A stretch of 64,000 nucleotides of DNA from Tubulanus polymorphus (GCF_964204645.1 NC_134027.1:11316485-11380484), one strand, 5' to 3'; positions 1 through 13,033 are shown, counted from the stretch's first letter. Numbers and translations: made by a program. Notes: generated by a model from the sequence alone, not told the origin.

Positions 1-295
1 GAGTCAGTACTGTTGACCGACGATACGAGCAGTTCGTAAGTGCTGACGGTATGTTTAATGACATCGATACGAGAGGCAGAAAGACGTTGTTGGGCGGCTA
101 TTATTGCTATCAGACGCGGCTGTTAGTGACGGCAGATGGAACAGTTCTATGGATAGTCGTCAATGTCTTTAACCCTCATACGAACGGAAAATGACACTCC
201 TGAACCGTGCGACTTTTGTTGGGAACGCAGTGGCATATCCTTGGCCTAGGTTTCAAAGGAAATCAAAGTTACCCCTGGGGATAAGTCCTCCACCA

Positions 296-405
296 GGATC
301 CAGTTCCACAGTTATGAGTTAAAGGTAACCCTGAGTTTAATCAATAGATTTTTGATGAGTTAACTCGAGAGACAAATCTAAACTCAGAACTACGGAACTG
401 TGTCC
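296..405. mobile_element. ~110-bp fold-back MITE (family D, Harbinger-like)
   Basis: Ends GGATCCAGTTCCACAGT / ACTACGGAACTGTGTCC are imperfect inverted repeats with an internal GAGTTAACTC motif; related copies at 22643 and 57389. Confidence 0.7.
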
Positions 406-1238
406 TGGTTGACAACCACTGTAGTAGCAATGAGAAAGGGTAGCAATTACTGACATATTTTTCAAAAAATATCCAGGGATGGTTTTGCCACAAATTCATA
501 AATACACCAAAATCAAAGGCGTATTTCTTGAAATCTGAGCGCTGAAGCAGCAGCACAAATGGACATTGAAATTGTAGCCTAGGGAGATCCATTTTATAGT
601 TACTTTGATGCCACCTCCATTTCATTCACGTGGAAAACATAAATCCCTCGCGTGAAGGTATAGCGTACTGCACCACCCCTCGATATAGAAGACGATATCA
701 GCAGGTTGAACTTTTTCATATTTCATAACGATTTTCAGTCGTTAATGAAGAGAAACTGATACACGCGAAACAACCTACGTGGCAGGTGGCAACGAATCTT
801 GATAAGTAGGAAATAATGCGAATGAGACTAACTATAATGCGTCTTGTTCGATGCGTTTAACAGTTTTCACGGGCAATAACCGACATCGAAACGACACCGA
901 TAAAATCTCCGTCTAAGCCCATTAAACGATTCTATAAAAAGCAACTAATACTCGTTTTAGTGCCGCGATAGTACTCGTTTCTGCTATCGGACACGCGACA
1001 CGAAATAAATCTAAGTGGCCGAAGCTGACGAGTGATGTCCAATCGATATTTGATTCTCCTTTTACCGGAAGCGTACGTTTTTGTTTTTCGCGATATGCCT
1101 ATCAGAATAGCACTAGAAATAGACGTTGAAACAGGTGGGCCGATGCTTTCGCACCTAAGCACGAAACCTTAGCACGAATACGCGTTTTACATCAATCCAC
1201 ATTCATTCAAATCGGGATTGAGATGTATTTGTGTCGAC

Positions 1239-1500
1239 AGCCGCGATTGGGCCAAAATTGGCACGGATCATGTAGCCCACAAACCCACCTCCTAAACCAC
1301 TCACTCGATACTAAACAATGCTTAAACAAAGCGAAGTGAGTTACTTCCAGAATTAGTTGTGATTCACACGCAATTATTTGACCCGTGCTAAAATTTGGGT
1401 CGAGCCTGGTCCGACGATTATGTTTCGGCACGCACTCATTTGGCACCTGTTTTAGGAGCTGCGATCACAAGAGTTTTTGGTCCGATCAAAATGGGCCCAC
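1239..1500. mobile_element. Family A MITE, rearranged/partial
   Basis: AGCCGCGAT start, GGGCCAAAATTGGCAC and AAACAAAGCGAAGTG blocks shared with more than 20 other copies. Confidence 0.8.
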
Positions 1501-1583
1501 GCTAGCAATCACTAGCAAAAAAGCAACAGGAAAACGATGATAGAATTTTTTGAATCACTCTCAATATTGGCACAACTTAAGCA

Positions 1584-1700
1584 GGCTTACTAAGCGCCGA
1601 ATCACGTGTGAACGCAACTCGCTCTGTAACCGCGGTATTCTGGCATATTCGGCACTAAACCTCGTAAGCCCAGAATCCCACGCGAAACGTAGCCTATTTT
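1584..1700 (+). repeat. Dispersed repeat also present at 6130-6260
   Basis: GGCTTACTAAGCGCCGA...CAACTCGCTCTGTAACCGCG matches GGCTTACTAAGCACCGA...CAACTCACTCTGTAAGCGCG. Confidence 0.65.
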
Positions 1701-2180
1701 CGCCAGGTAGAATCTGGATCTATCGAGACCTAGTGATCTTGCAAGTTGCTAGATGTGAATTCAACAAATGTGGATCCATTCCATTTGCCTTTTTTCAAAT
1801 TGTAGACATTCTAAAACGGCATTCACTCTCCAGCGTACACGGGAAGTTTTAAAAAAAATTGGGCCAAACTGAACTCTAAACGGGGGCCCCCAGGTCACCT
1901 TACGATGCAACGGAACTAGGAACAATTATCGCTAATTGCAGTCATTAATGATTTAAATGACTAACCACGACCATATCACGCCAAAACTTCCGCATAAATA
2001 GATTCTGAAAAATAAACACCCTGCAGCACCTCCCAATCATCGCGTTCAGTGTCCTCCTACCCAGGAAGAACATTTCGCCGACGAAACTGATCTATATTTC
2101 AACTTCCCCAAAAAATTGATGCCTTCTTCTTCCTTGCTACCGAGCTTAAAAGTTGACCCGGCCTTTTTCCTACATTCCTT

Positions 2181-2442
2181 AAGAGCTTAGTAGCGGTCAG
2201 GTCTGTAAACATAGATTCAGTGAATAACGGGTATGTTGGATCCTCATTTTTTAAAACAAGTATAGACACTCATGTTTTCGGTGATCATATCGTACATGTA
2301 ATTGCACGATTTCCATTGGCCATTTTCCCTGAGCATTTTTCCAAAATTACTCAAGAGCTTACTAGCGGTCAGGTCTGTAAACAGATTCAATAAATGAGGG
2401 TACATTGGATCCTCCGTTTTTTCAAACAAGAATAGACACTCT
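2181..2442 (+). repeat. Diverged direct repeat, ~90-bp blocks about 172 bp apart
   Basis: AAGAGCTTAGTAGCGGTCAGGTCTGTAAACA...TAGACACTC occurs twice. Confidence 0.8.
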
Positions 2443-2470
2443 TATTAATCCGCATTCATACGCAAAACTC

Positions 2471-2476
<6 letters not shown>

Positions 2477-2554
<78 letters not shown>
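2477..2554. repeat. (AT)n microsatellite, ~39 units
   Basis: Directly visible. Confidence 0.98.
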
Positions 2555-2556
<2 letters not shown>

Positions 2557-2828
2557 TATATATACATGTATATACTCGAGTGTCTGCTTTCCAAATCCTG
2601 AAGTTAGGTTAAATCACAATAAATGTAGAAACTGGCCTGTGGCGAGCAGAAATAATAGCTGTCTTCATGAGGACGGGTAGCGTTTAAATTGGTTCAATCA
2701 TTCGGAAATCTATAAGCCCGAAAGCGAAATTGTACGCCATCCGAACTACTTGATTTCATGACGATGACGAATTCTGACGGAATGTAGCCCCTGTGTGTAG
2801 CGAGAAGCTTATTGCATTTACACATATC

Positions 2829-3066
2829 TATGGTGGCTGATTCGGGCCTAAGCCGATATTTTTCGAGCATGAAAAATCTAGAAACAAATTTGATAGTGAG
2901 AAAAGAAATATTTAGTGCAAGAAAATAAATTATTTGCTTTCTCGCCCAACATATTTGTTTTCCTGGTTAATATCTGTTTTGGCGGGGCAAGAAAACCAAC
3001 TTTGGCAGGGTCAATATCAACGGTGAGTAAAAAAATATTTAGAGGGCCGAAATGTTTGCCACCGTA
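2829..3066. mobile_element. Family K MITE
   Basis: TATGGTGGC...GCCACCGTA inverted ends; the left end matches the element at 13589. Confidence 0.65.
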
Positions 3067-3334
3067 CGTATCTATGTATATGTACCCATTTTGTCTAACA
3101 AATCACAAGGTGTAGCATGCTAGTCAAACCATCAGAAAAATCTTCAACCGCGTACACACACATATAAAGTAAGCTGGATAGGTTTAAACTATCGCGAAAA
3201 CTTTTGATCAATGCTGCGAAACTAAGTCGGCTAGGTCGACGCGAAAGAAACTCGATAATTGCGCACTGATAACATGGTCCGGATTTTTTCTTAAGCTACC
3301 AGCGTGGAAATTGATTAGGTTAAAATTGATGAAA

Positions 3335-3406
3335 CTTGAATGGAAATGCGAGGATAGCTCTTTGAACAGTCTTGAATGGAAATGCGAGGATAGCTCTTTG
3401 AACAGT
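3335..3406 (+). repeat. Perfect 36-bp tandem duplication
   Basis: CTTGAATGGAAATGCGAGGATAGCTCTTTGAACAGT x2. Confidence 0.95.
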
Positions 3407-3499
3407 TTGCACGGCAACTTTTAAACGCTTTTTACTTTCTGTATTATAATCAACAATACAATATATGATTGAAGTTATACTGCAAATGCTCAAATCGTA

Positions 3500-3917
3500 A
3501 GCCGCGATCACACAAGCGTTTTTGGCCCGGGCCAAAACCAAAGCCAAATTTTAGCACGGGACAAATAATTGCGTTTGAATTGATTGCAACTGGTACCGGA
3601 AATGACCTATCTGGCTTTAGCCGCGATCACACGAGCATTTTTGGCCCAGGCCAAATTTGGCCCGGAACAAATGTTCACACGGGTGCCAAATGGGCGCGAG
3701 CCTGTTTGGCCCGGGCCAAATTTGGACCAACCAAAAACGTCGGACCAGGCCCGAGCCAAATTTTAGCACCAGACAAATGATTGCGTTTAAATTGCAAATG
3801 GCACCGGATGATGCACTTCGCTTTGTTTGACCATTGTTTAGTATCGTGTGAGAGGTTTGCATGTGAGCACGCTCTCTATTTAGGCACGGGCCAAATTGTC
3901 TCCGTGTGATCACGGTT
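3500..3917. mobile_element. Family A MITE: truncated copy (3500-3618) followed directly by a near full-length copy (3619-3917)
   Basis: Two AGCCGCGATCACAC left ends and one CGTGTGATCACGGTT right end. Confidence 0.9.
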
Positions 3918-4545
3918 ATATTTCAATTTACACATGTTTCACTCAGTAGTGATACAGGAACTACCCCATTTATGTTATTATAGTTGTGAGAAGCCTGGAT
4001 GATCAATCTTAGAAAGCGCCAGTCAGATGTCTGATAATATTTGGCGTATCCCCACGATTAGTTCATTTTCAATCAAAAACGTCGGTGAACTCTTGATGGG
4101 TGAGGTCTAATGCTGCAGGTTGTGACGCTACGAACATCGACACATCTAGGAAAGATCAAGTTTCCGTAAGAAGTTGATATCCGAGCTGTGTCGGCATCCG
4201 TCGAGATACAGCAGCCGCCCTCGACTATTCAAATTGTTAATTTCAGCTCAGGTTCAGGTTTAAACAGCATTCTAAAACGGATTCGTCTTACATTTTCATC
4301 AACGAAATTCGAAGGAGGAGAATAGTGCGACACTTCAGCAGACGTAACAGGATCTGAAGTAAATTAACCCATTTTGACAGCTCATGTCAGACGACTATCA
4401 ATATTCATCACGAATACGGGACTCGATTTCTCGCCATCAATAAATAAGTAATAGGGGTAATGGCGTTCTTTATACCAGTTGAAATTATACACCCAAGAGT
4501 CAGACGAAGAGTCTCTCCACGGTCTGCAGCAGCTGCAAAACGTTG

Positions 4546-4662
<117 letters not shown>

Positions 4663-4882
4663 GTAAGTACAGACTGAATTTCATGAAATCAAACGGTTGT
4701 AGGCTGTCATTATCCACCTGAGAGTGAATAGTCTCCACATCGACGATAGCCTTGCCGCTCCTGGCCAGATCAGGCACAATACGAACTGAAATTCATAAAA
4801 TGAAATCAGTAATCTCTATAATCTAGAGTAATCTCTAATCAATAAGCCAAGCAGTGATTAATGATTTCTATAGATACACTAA

Positions 4883-5052
4883 AGTCGCGATCGTGCGGAG
4901 ATGATTTGGCCCAAGCCGAATTGGCATGGATCAAGCCCGAGTCAAATTTAGCCCATTTGGCACCCAGTTGTTCAGCATCCAAAACACTCAAGTGATCGGG
5001 GCCTATGTGTTCATGCAGTAGGCCTAAAATCACTGGAGCCTTATTCACGGCT
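4883..5052. mobile_element. Family A MITE, short diverged copy
   Basis: AGTCGCGATC...TCACGGCT ends; ATTTGGCCC motifs. Confidence 0.7.
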
Positions 5053-5304
5053 TATACAGTACTGTAGGAAAATAACAGGCTTAACGAGCGCTGAAAATGA
5101 TTTCACACCGAAAAGCCGATCCGGGTATTATTTTCCACAGCGTGGACATCAATTCGGTGCTTTGCAAGCTATGCAACACCCAGGAAGGAGGCGAGTCAAA
5201 AGATTCTAATCATTTTTAACTTCCGTTTTTAACGTAAGAAGCTGCTGAAAAAAACAAAGATATAAAAGGCAGTTGCAGTGATGTGATTTGATGCTCACCT
5301 TTAA

Positions 5305-5592
5305 CCCTTTCAGTGCATCTACACCACAGTGCGGCGTATAAACCAGTGATGGATTTTGCTAGTACACCGCACTGCGGTGTATTGATTAAATTAGTAATTA
5401 ATAATTATCTCTCTTGAAAGATGGCAGCACCTGTCAAACATAGTGAAATATTAGTAACTAACGATATACCGCGCCGCGGTGTAGACGCACTATAGCGGTA
5501 TTCCCGTTATTAAACACACTAGGGCAGAATTTTTCAAAAATTTCAAATTGTCTCCAGCACTATAGGGTATTAACTAGTCAGCGCTGAAAGGG
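5305..5592 (+). mobile_element. piggyBac-like MITE (family B)
   Basis: TTAA TSD at 5301-5304 and 5593-5596; TIR CCCTTTCAGTGC / GCGCTGAAAGGG. Confidence 0.9.
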
Positions 5593-6047
5593 TTAACAAT
5601 TTTCGGTGATGAACGTAGTTTGCTCATGTTTACGAGAAACTTGATAGTAGCGGGTGTACGCTGAATCAACTACCATTAACAGTACAGTAGAGCAGGTTAT
5701 GAACCCATATCAGTCGCTTGCCGATTCAGGCTGGTTGGAAGATTATTTGAATGAACTGGCACCGAAATTTCCAATCATCAATTTAAACAAAAAAATTCTG
5801 TAAATTCGACCTCCGATCACACAACTTTATCTGTACTTAGATTTCTGATTTCAAAATCAAACCCCTGATTTGTTCCTGGTGGGTGTGGTCGGTTTGCAAG
5901 AGACACCAAATCAAAATGAACTAGACCAAATCTTCCAACCAAATAAATCACAGGGACGATCCCTATTCTAAGATCAAGGATGGATTTGAAATTCAAGATA
6001 ACGAAGATAGTATGTGAAATGCCATCTTGAAAACACTCCCCACAAAG

Positions 6048-6149
6048 GCATGACTAAAGGTGGCTTACTAAGCACCGATTTGCATGACTAAAGGGGGCTT
6101 ACTAAGCACCGATTTGCATGACTAAAGTGGGCTTACTAAGCACCGATTT
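6048..6149 (+). repeat. 34-bp tandem repeat x3
   Basis: GCATGACTAAAGGTGGCTTACTAAGCACCGATTT, three slightly variant copies. Confidence 0.95.
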
Positions 6150-6764
6150 ATATGTAAACACAACTCACTCTGTAAGCGCGATAGTCTGGCCAATTCATCC
6201 TCACTTGCCTGGGTTAGATTGCAGCCCACTAAGCTCGCGCCAATAGAAACCCTCGCCGTAAACCCCTTATCGGTCTATTACAATGCCCACGATTCCTTGG
6301 GCGGACCAGTTTCCGCTCAGCTCCCACGAGGCTATATATCTAGCCAAATCAGATGCATGGTATTTATAGCGTAAACGCATCTGATTGGATGGGCAAATTC
6401 AGCGCCACATGATTACGATACATCATGCTGCTTACGCGTCATTGTGCCTGCACTAATTCGGTATTATGACCGGATTTATCGCAATGAGAACAGTCTTCGC
6501 AGTAGACTTTCTGTGTGAAACACACGGCTGAGAATTACCCTCTTTACGATTTCGGCCATATGGTGAAAATTGTCCGCAAAAATAACAGAGGTGTGCGCCG
6601 GAAATCTGGGATACTGTCACAATACTGTTTTACTGTGCAACTTCTATATCTATCTATGTGCGTGTCCTTAATTTTTGATCATCTTTGAAAATGGATAAGC
6701 TCCCTGATCCAAACATTACCGTACTAAAATACATCCCTATTGATGCCGACATTAACAAATCTAT

Positions 6765-6935
6765 GGGTGACCATGGGTTTGAACTGCGTACATTACCCTA
6801 GTGTCCATTACCCGGGCAAGACACTTATTGCCTCTCTTCACCCAGAAGTAAATGGGCACCTGGCCTGATAGATAACTCCGCAGCACCTAGCAGCTGCTCG
6901 GATGTATCTTCTCCTCAGGGAGAGATGACTGATAA
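6765..6935 (+). mobile_element. Degraded tRNA-derived CORE-SINE-like element
   Basis: B-box-like GGGTTTGAAC followed by GGGCAAGACACTT...TGCCTCTCTTCACCCAGAAGTAAATGGGCACC, resembling the CORE domain of metazoan SINEs. Confidence 0.6.
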
Positions 6936-7858
6936 ATAGTTAGAGTAATAGGCTGGGGTAACAATACCAATGGGGTACCAGCACCGCTACTGTGGTATTC
7001 GACGATTGCACTTATGGCAGGCGAGGATCCGCCAAGTTCGCAAGTGCTTATTCGGTTAACGCGCTTCAATTTCTTCTGCATTCAGTTCAATTTGAATGAA
7101 CTTTTCTCATTGATAAATCAATTTCTGGTAAAACTGTATACCATACACTCGTTGGGAATGTCAATCTTGTATCTATGTGATGACTTGTTTTACAACATTG
7201 CCATTTGGGATCCTAAATGTCCAGTTCAAAAGTAATTGAAAATGAACTAATTTTCACAATGCATAATTGAGTGTAATGTTACGCCATCTGGTGTGTGCCC
7301 GTATACCCCATTTAATGGAAAGCGCTGTTGAACATTGTATCACAGAGAAAAGGGCACTTTAGAAATTAATCACTACCATAACTCACTGTAAGATTTTTTG
7401 GTACCCAAATAACTGTTTAGCCATCTTAAACCATTCATCGAGCCACTCGTTCAAAGTTAAGATAAAAATCGAATTTACTCATTGGGTTCAAGCATCAAAT
7501 CCGGAAAACAAATAAGAGATGCCATCAGTGCGAGCATTAGCTCTATTCAAGGTTCTTTGAACGTCGCGTTCAACTAGAGAAAAAAAATTGATTGAAAATT
7601 GAGGTTATAAAAGATACAATAACGCCCTGACACGTAAGATCATTCTATTTTTAAAATCCCCCGAAGACTTGCCTCGTCGGCTTAAATATTCTTTCAGACT
7701 GATATTCACTTTGAAATATCATCAAGCGAAATAGCTTTGAAATGATAGACGTTAGCGATGAAAGCAGCGCGGTATTGATGTACGAAGACGTTTAGCGAGG
7801 CTGAGGAACAATCCGTGTCATCGAGACTAATACACTTGTCTAACGGTGTCACAAAAAG

Positions 7859-7973
7859 CAGGGGCCGGTTTTATAGACTGGTATTACCTTTAACCCGGAG
7901 GCTAACTCAATTCATTTTCAATTGAGTTAACCCCGGGGTCAAAGGTAATACCAGTCAATAAAACCGGGCCCTG
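7859..7973 (+). mobile_element. ~115-bp palindromic MITE (family C)
   Basis: GGGGCCGGTTTTATAGACTGGTATTACCTTTAACCC...GGGTCAAAGGTAATACCAGTCAATAAAACCGGGCCC folds back almost completely. Confidence 0.9.
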
Positions 7974-8049
7974 ATGTCTATCCTGAAATGGAGCTGGTTT
8001 CATGCTCAATTTTGTTGTGAACCACACAGTTTGAACAGTTTGAAGTTCT

Positions 8050-8559
8050 GGGGCTGGTTGCATAGTCGTGACTTCAGTCCAAAAGTGGTCTAAACTCTTA
8101 AGACTTAGTTGATCTCAGACTAGTCCCAAGTCTAAGCCGTTTCCATGCACTATTACTATGACTAAGTGATATCTCGTTTATCGTTTAATCCGGGGAAGCC
8201 ATTTAAATTTAAGTCAGAGTTGACATTCTGTCTCTACACATCTTCTAATGTAACTGCTCTTTGTTACTCTGTTAGATTATAATTGTATGTTCGTTTTAAG
8301 CACCGTCCTGTATATTGATGTTAATATTTCATGTACCGTCCTGGGCCCGGTTTTATAGACTGGTATAACCTTTAACCCGAGGGTTAACTCAATTGAAAAT
8401 GAATTGAGTTAGCCTCTGGGTTAAAGGTAATACCGGTCTATAAAACCGGCCCCTGTATCGTTGTTAATATTTTATTGCATGTTTTCCCATATATGATTTG
8501 TAATTATTCGGAGCAATAAAATAAAAGATCAAAGTTCGAAAAGTTATGCAACCGGCCCC
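8050..8559. mobile_element. Outer TIR element hosting a family C MITE
   Basis: GGGGCTGGTTGCATA / TATGCAACCGGCCCC 15-bp inverted ends with 1 mismatch. Confidence 0.65.
8341..8455 (-). mobile_element. Family C palindromic MITE, inverted relative to 7859
   Basis: Reverse-complement match to 7859-7973; flanked by CTG...CTG. Confidence 0.9.
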
Positions 8560-9065
8560 TAGGCTAGAAAGCACCTTTGGTGTCCACAGGATTTTTGCTA
8601 GTATAAGATAACACTAATCTGAGCTAATGAAAAACGGAGTCTACTAATGTTCGACCTTTGAGCGTCATTAATGGATAAGCCGCATCACCGCACTATCAAT
8701 CATTTGGGGACGCGGATGTCGGGAAAAGAATCGGTGTACTTTCACCTTAGCCGGTCGTGTGCGGGTAATATAACGTCGTAGCACCATCATAATGTTTGTA
8801 CACGACAATGTCTGTCTAACCTTACGCAAGACATCGGGGCTAAGCTAGGTTGGAGCTGTTAATTCTGGTGTCGACCGAGAGTGGTCCAAGTTTCTTGGAC
8901 ACTGGTTCGTGACGCTGACCTTTCGCTCCCTTTAGAGAAAAAGGAAGAACATATGATACCTACCAATAATGCCTTGAGTGGTGCTCGGCAGGTTAAGGGG
9001 ATAAAAAAATATGAAAAGTATCGCAACTTCAAAAGGGCACAGCAACATGTGTATCATTACAATGC

Positions 9066-9234
9066 CAGGGCTGCCAACCTCTAAAAAGTGCTATCAGTAA
9101 CAAAATGAATTTTTTTTCAGTTGAAATATGAAAGAAAATGTTCAAATTAAGTACGAATCAAATAAAATCGAATCAGTACTACTCATTGTAAAATAGTAAC
9201 AAATACTGGAAAACAGCAACAGTTGGCAGCTCTG
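9066..9234. mobile_element. 169-bp MITE with apparent 6-bp TSD
   Basis: CAGGGCTGCCAAC / GTTGGCAGCTCTG TIRs; CAATGC at 9060-9065 and 9235-9240. Confidence 0.75.
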
Positions 9235-9660
9235 CAATGCACATCTTCATACAAGGATATTTTGCCAATCCACAATATATACAATAATACGAGCCTCTAA
9301 AAAAGATATGACAGATATTTCAACTCACTATTTGGTATGGTTTTCACTGATAGAGAAAAATTGATCAAAATCGATTTCAATGAATTGTAGATTCATAGAA
9401 TTGTAGAACCTTTATTTGACTTGCTTTTTCCCCGACTTCCCCCCTGACAATTGTCTGACATGTAGGTTGTTTTCCCTGACTTGATCTGCTAAGAATCCAA
9501 TCAAGTAACATGGTCAAATAACATAAGACATAGTCGGAAACTGATTGGTCTTACACGCGATCTAGCACTTCTAGAATTTATAGAATAAATACAAGCGCAA
9601 AAGACTTCAGCGTCGAGGGATCCTCGTTATGCCGAGCTATGTTCAGAATAGGACTTAAAT

Positions 9661-9980
9661 GCCACAATCACACCGAGACGATTTGGCCCAAATCAGGCTT
9701 AGTCAAATTTGGCCCATGTCTAATTAGAGAGCGTTGACACGCAAACCACTCACTCGGTACTACACAATGCTGAAACAAAGCGAAGTGGTTCATTTGCAAA
9801 ACCGGTTGTAATTCAAACCCAATCATTTGTCGCGTGCTAGAATTTGGCTCAGACCTGGTCCGACATTTTTGGTCGGGCAAATTTGGCCCAGGCCAAACAG
9901 GCTCGGGTGCATTTGGCACTCGTGTGAACAGCTGTTCCGGGGAAAATTTGGCACAGGCCAAAAAACGTTTGTGTGCAGCT
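9661..9980. mobile_element. Family A MITE
   Basis: Full internal match to family, repeated CAAATTTGGCCC. Confidence 0.9.
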
Positions 9981-10568
9981 AAAAGAATAAACAAGTCAAC
10001 AGGTGTCACCGTCATCGGTACGTTGCAATTACGACGTTCACGAAAGAATCTAGTTCATCTGTTGGTTTCGGAATAATGTGCGTCCGTCCGCAGAGAGACC
10101 CATAAACACGAAGAATGATTAGCTGTCATAACAAGAAATTGCATTTTAGCTCGTGTGATCTAACATGCGTGTCCCCCTAATGTGCAACAGTCTCATCACG
10201 CACGGGAACGGGAATCATACGTACGTAAAGCTGTCAGACGACTGACCTGATATCACATGATTGTCTGTAGGCGTTAGTTAGCGCCGTAAATGGCGGTATG
10301 AGTACTTCAATGGTTGTCTTTCGTCTACACAAGTGGGTGATGTAGACTTGTAGTGTCTTCAGGCCCACAGCACATCGGCAAAGTCCATTTAGCCCGCAAA
10401 AATGTCAAAAAAAAAATTTCCTCAGACTGTTACTGATTGGCACTTAAAACTACTATCCAATTTGCAGACTCTCAGACAGGATGGTCATTTTTATTTGACT
10501 CGCTTTTTCTCCGGCCATTCCCTGACATGGGTGTTTTTTTCCCCAGACTCGATCTGCTAAGAATCTAT

Positions 10569-10880
10569 AGCCGCAATCACAGAGACGATTCGGCCCGGGC
10601 CAAATTGGCACAGATCAGGCTAGGGGCCAAATTTGGCCCGTGCCTAATTAGAGAGCACGTTCACACGCAAACCATTCTCTCGATACTAAATAATGCTTAA
10701 ACAAAGCGAAGTGGATCATTTCCGGTGCCAGATGCAATTCAAACGCAATCATTTTCTGGTGCTAAAATTTGGCGCGGGCCTGGTCCGACGTTTTTTGGTC
10801 GGGCCAAATTTGGCCTGGGCCAAACAGGCTTGGGCCCATTTGGCACCTGTGTGACCAAAAATGCTCGTGTGATCGCGGCT
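10569..10880. mobile_element. Family A MITE with TAT TSD (PIF/Harbinger/Tourist-like)
   Basis: AGCCGCAATCAC / GTGATCGCGGCT TIRs; TAT at 10566-10568 and 10881-10883. Confidence 0.92.
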
Positions 10881-12914
10881 TATTTGATTGAAACAGACAA
10901 ATACCCAATACATAAGATGGAAACTGTTTAATATTACGATCTAGCAATCCCAACAAATTTCTACAAATTTCTACGCGACTTTTTATTGCCCTTGTCAAAT
11001 CTATCTGAATATAAAGAAATTTTTCTGTTCTTATTACATCCACATCGGAATTAAAAGTCTTGCAAGGGGAAAATTGTGATTTTGATAATTTAAGTAATCC
11101 CATATCATTAAGAAAGTGATATTCATGTCATAAATCAGCGTTTTTCTAATCATAAATCAATATACTAGCCACTATCATCAGTTTTTGAGTAATGATGCAT
11201 GCGCATTGACGACGAATGAAACGCAAATAGCGCCGAGTTAACAGCACACGAGAGCGCAGTTGCGTCAAAAATATCAAACATGATAGATATTTGGCGAATG
11301 ACAAAATGCGCACGAAAAGGCCCCCGCACACGAGTCGAAAACCGCACTGCGCCATTTGCGTACGCAGTTTTCGGCTCATGTAGGGGGACCTTTAGTCATT
11401 CGTTCATTCGTAAAGATACTCCAGCACACTCGCATTTGCGATTATTTTTCTGGAGCACGCGCGTCTGTGGTAAAAGAGGAAGAAAAAGAATGAGCGCTGA
11501 AAGTCTGGTTAGTCACCGCATTATATCAACACTACAGTTTCAAGAACGGTGCCTTTTTACAGATCGTTTACGACGAAATGGAGCCCTTTTAAGAGAGAAT
11601 GCCCCTCAGAATCTTCAAAAAATTGTGTCCTTGTTAAGACTGAAAGTGACCTTTGTTGACTTTTCTACCGATGAAATTGTGCCCTTTCGACGCGCAAGAA
11701 GCAGTCGAAATTTCAAGGGTTTCACTGAAGTCTTCTAAGACCCTAAAGATCCGCGTGCCTTTAAAATCTGAAAATCAAATGAATCGCATTCAAAGGTCTC
11801 TAAAATCGACGCGGCTGCGCTGAAAATACACCAGGAAGTCGTCTGTCGGTCATGTTTCCAGTAAACCGATCCTTTACGTTATTGAATTCGTTTTCCTTAG
11901 GAAAGAATCGACGAAAGTTCAACCGGGGTTTTCAGGCATTTCATTTTCATAACCACCTTGAATTATGAAAATCGAAACTTGTCTCTCTTCGAGATATTTC
12001 GAGATATCAAGTATCAAACCAGACACAGAGGTAGAACAGTAGGCGTAACATTGTGAAGACACCTTCTAGTCGGGTATGCGGCGTATGACTCTGGACCTTG
12101 AACGAAACGACGTAAGCCATTTTTTTAACCAAATTTAAAGAAAATCGAGTTTTAAAGTATTTGATAACAAGTAAAGTAAGATAACATTCGCATCTTCGAT
12201 CTTCAGATTTCCTTGACCGGAAATTTTTAAGAAGATCGCGAGGTTTCTGTTGCATGTGAACATATCCCACTCTCGATAGGATGGGTTTTCTTTTTTTTCA
12301 TGACGAATGTAAAAGGATCGTGACGTTTTTTGTTTTGCCCGGCATTTAGCCATTCACCAATGTTACCTCATGGATCATTAAATTGCCTTATTCGTCTTCA
12401 TTTACCTCGATGAACTTTTTATTGGCCGGACACTTTTTTATTGGCAGCTGATGTCTTCGTAACGCTACGCGCATCGCAATCTCCGAAAGAGGCGGAGAGA
12501 GAGCATTACCCATGATACGACCGGTCAGTGAATGCTTTGCGCGCGGGATGAAATCAATGGACTAGGACTAATAGTCGGCTACGAAAAGCCGAAGTGCTAC
12601 AAGTGCTTATGAGAAATCAAGCCATAATTGAGGTAACTAATCCGTTATCTAGCCTAAACTCGGTGCGACAGGTCGCGTTAACGAGACGGACATCGGTAGT
12701 AATGATCCGCAGGCGTAGCGAGGCATGTTTCGAGCGATCAATTGTGACGTGAAACCTTATTTTAACGTACGGGGCACTTAGCGAAGAACACGAAGCACGA
12801 AAAAAATAGTAATTCACCATATTTATAAAAGGCTAAGTTGCAATGTAACCTTATACAATTTTATCATAAAAGATACATTTCGCCCACAAAGCAAGATAAG
12901 AAAGACGCTCGTCA

Positions 12915-13033
12915 GTTTTTTCCACTATTTCTGCTCTTTCCTCCACTCTTTTACTCTTTATCCCTCTTTCTTCGCTCTTTTTCCTCTTCTATCTCTCTCG
13001 GCATTCCTCTTCCTCTCGCTTTACTCCCTCTTT
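12915..13033 (+). repeat. CT-rich polypyrimidine low-complexity tract
   Basis: Directly visible. Confidence 0.8.

Noticed and set aside
3469-3913. Recurring 'AKFGPGQ / PVWPGPNL' ORFs that look like a peptide family
   Set aside because: They are readings of the palindromic family A MITE; frames and stops are not conserved between copies
6048-6149. 34-bp (and 36-bp at 3335) repeats of CRISPR-like length
   Set aside because: Head-to-tail with no spacers, eukaryotic context, no cas genes
11280-11738. Longest ORF in the track (152 aa)
   Set aside because: No recognisable domain, composition typical of non-coding CpG-rich DNA, overlapped by similar ORFs on the other strand
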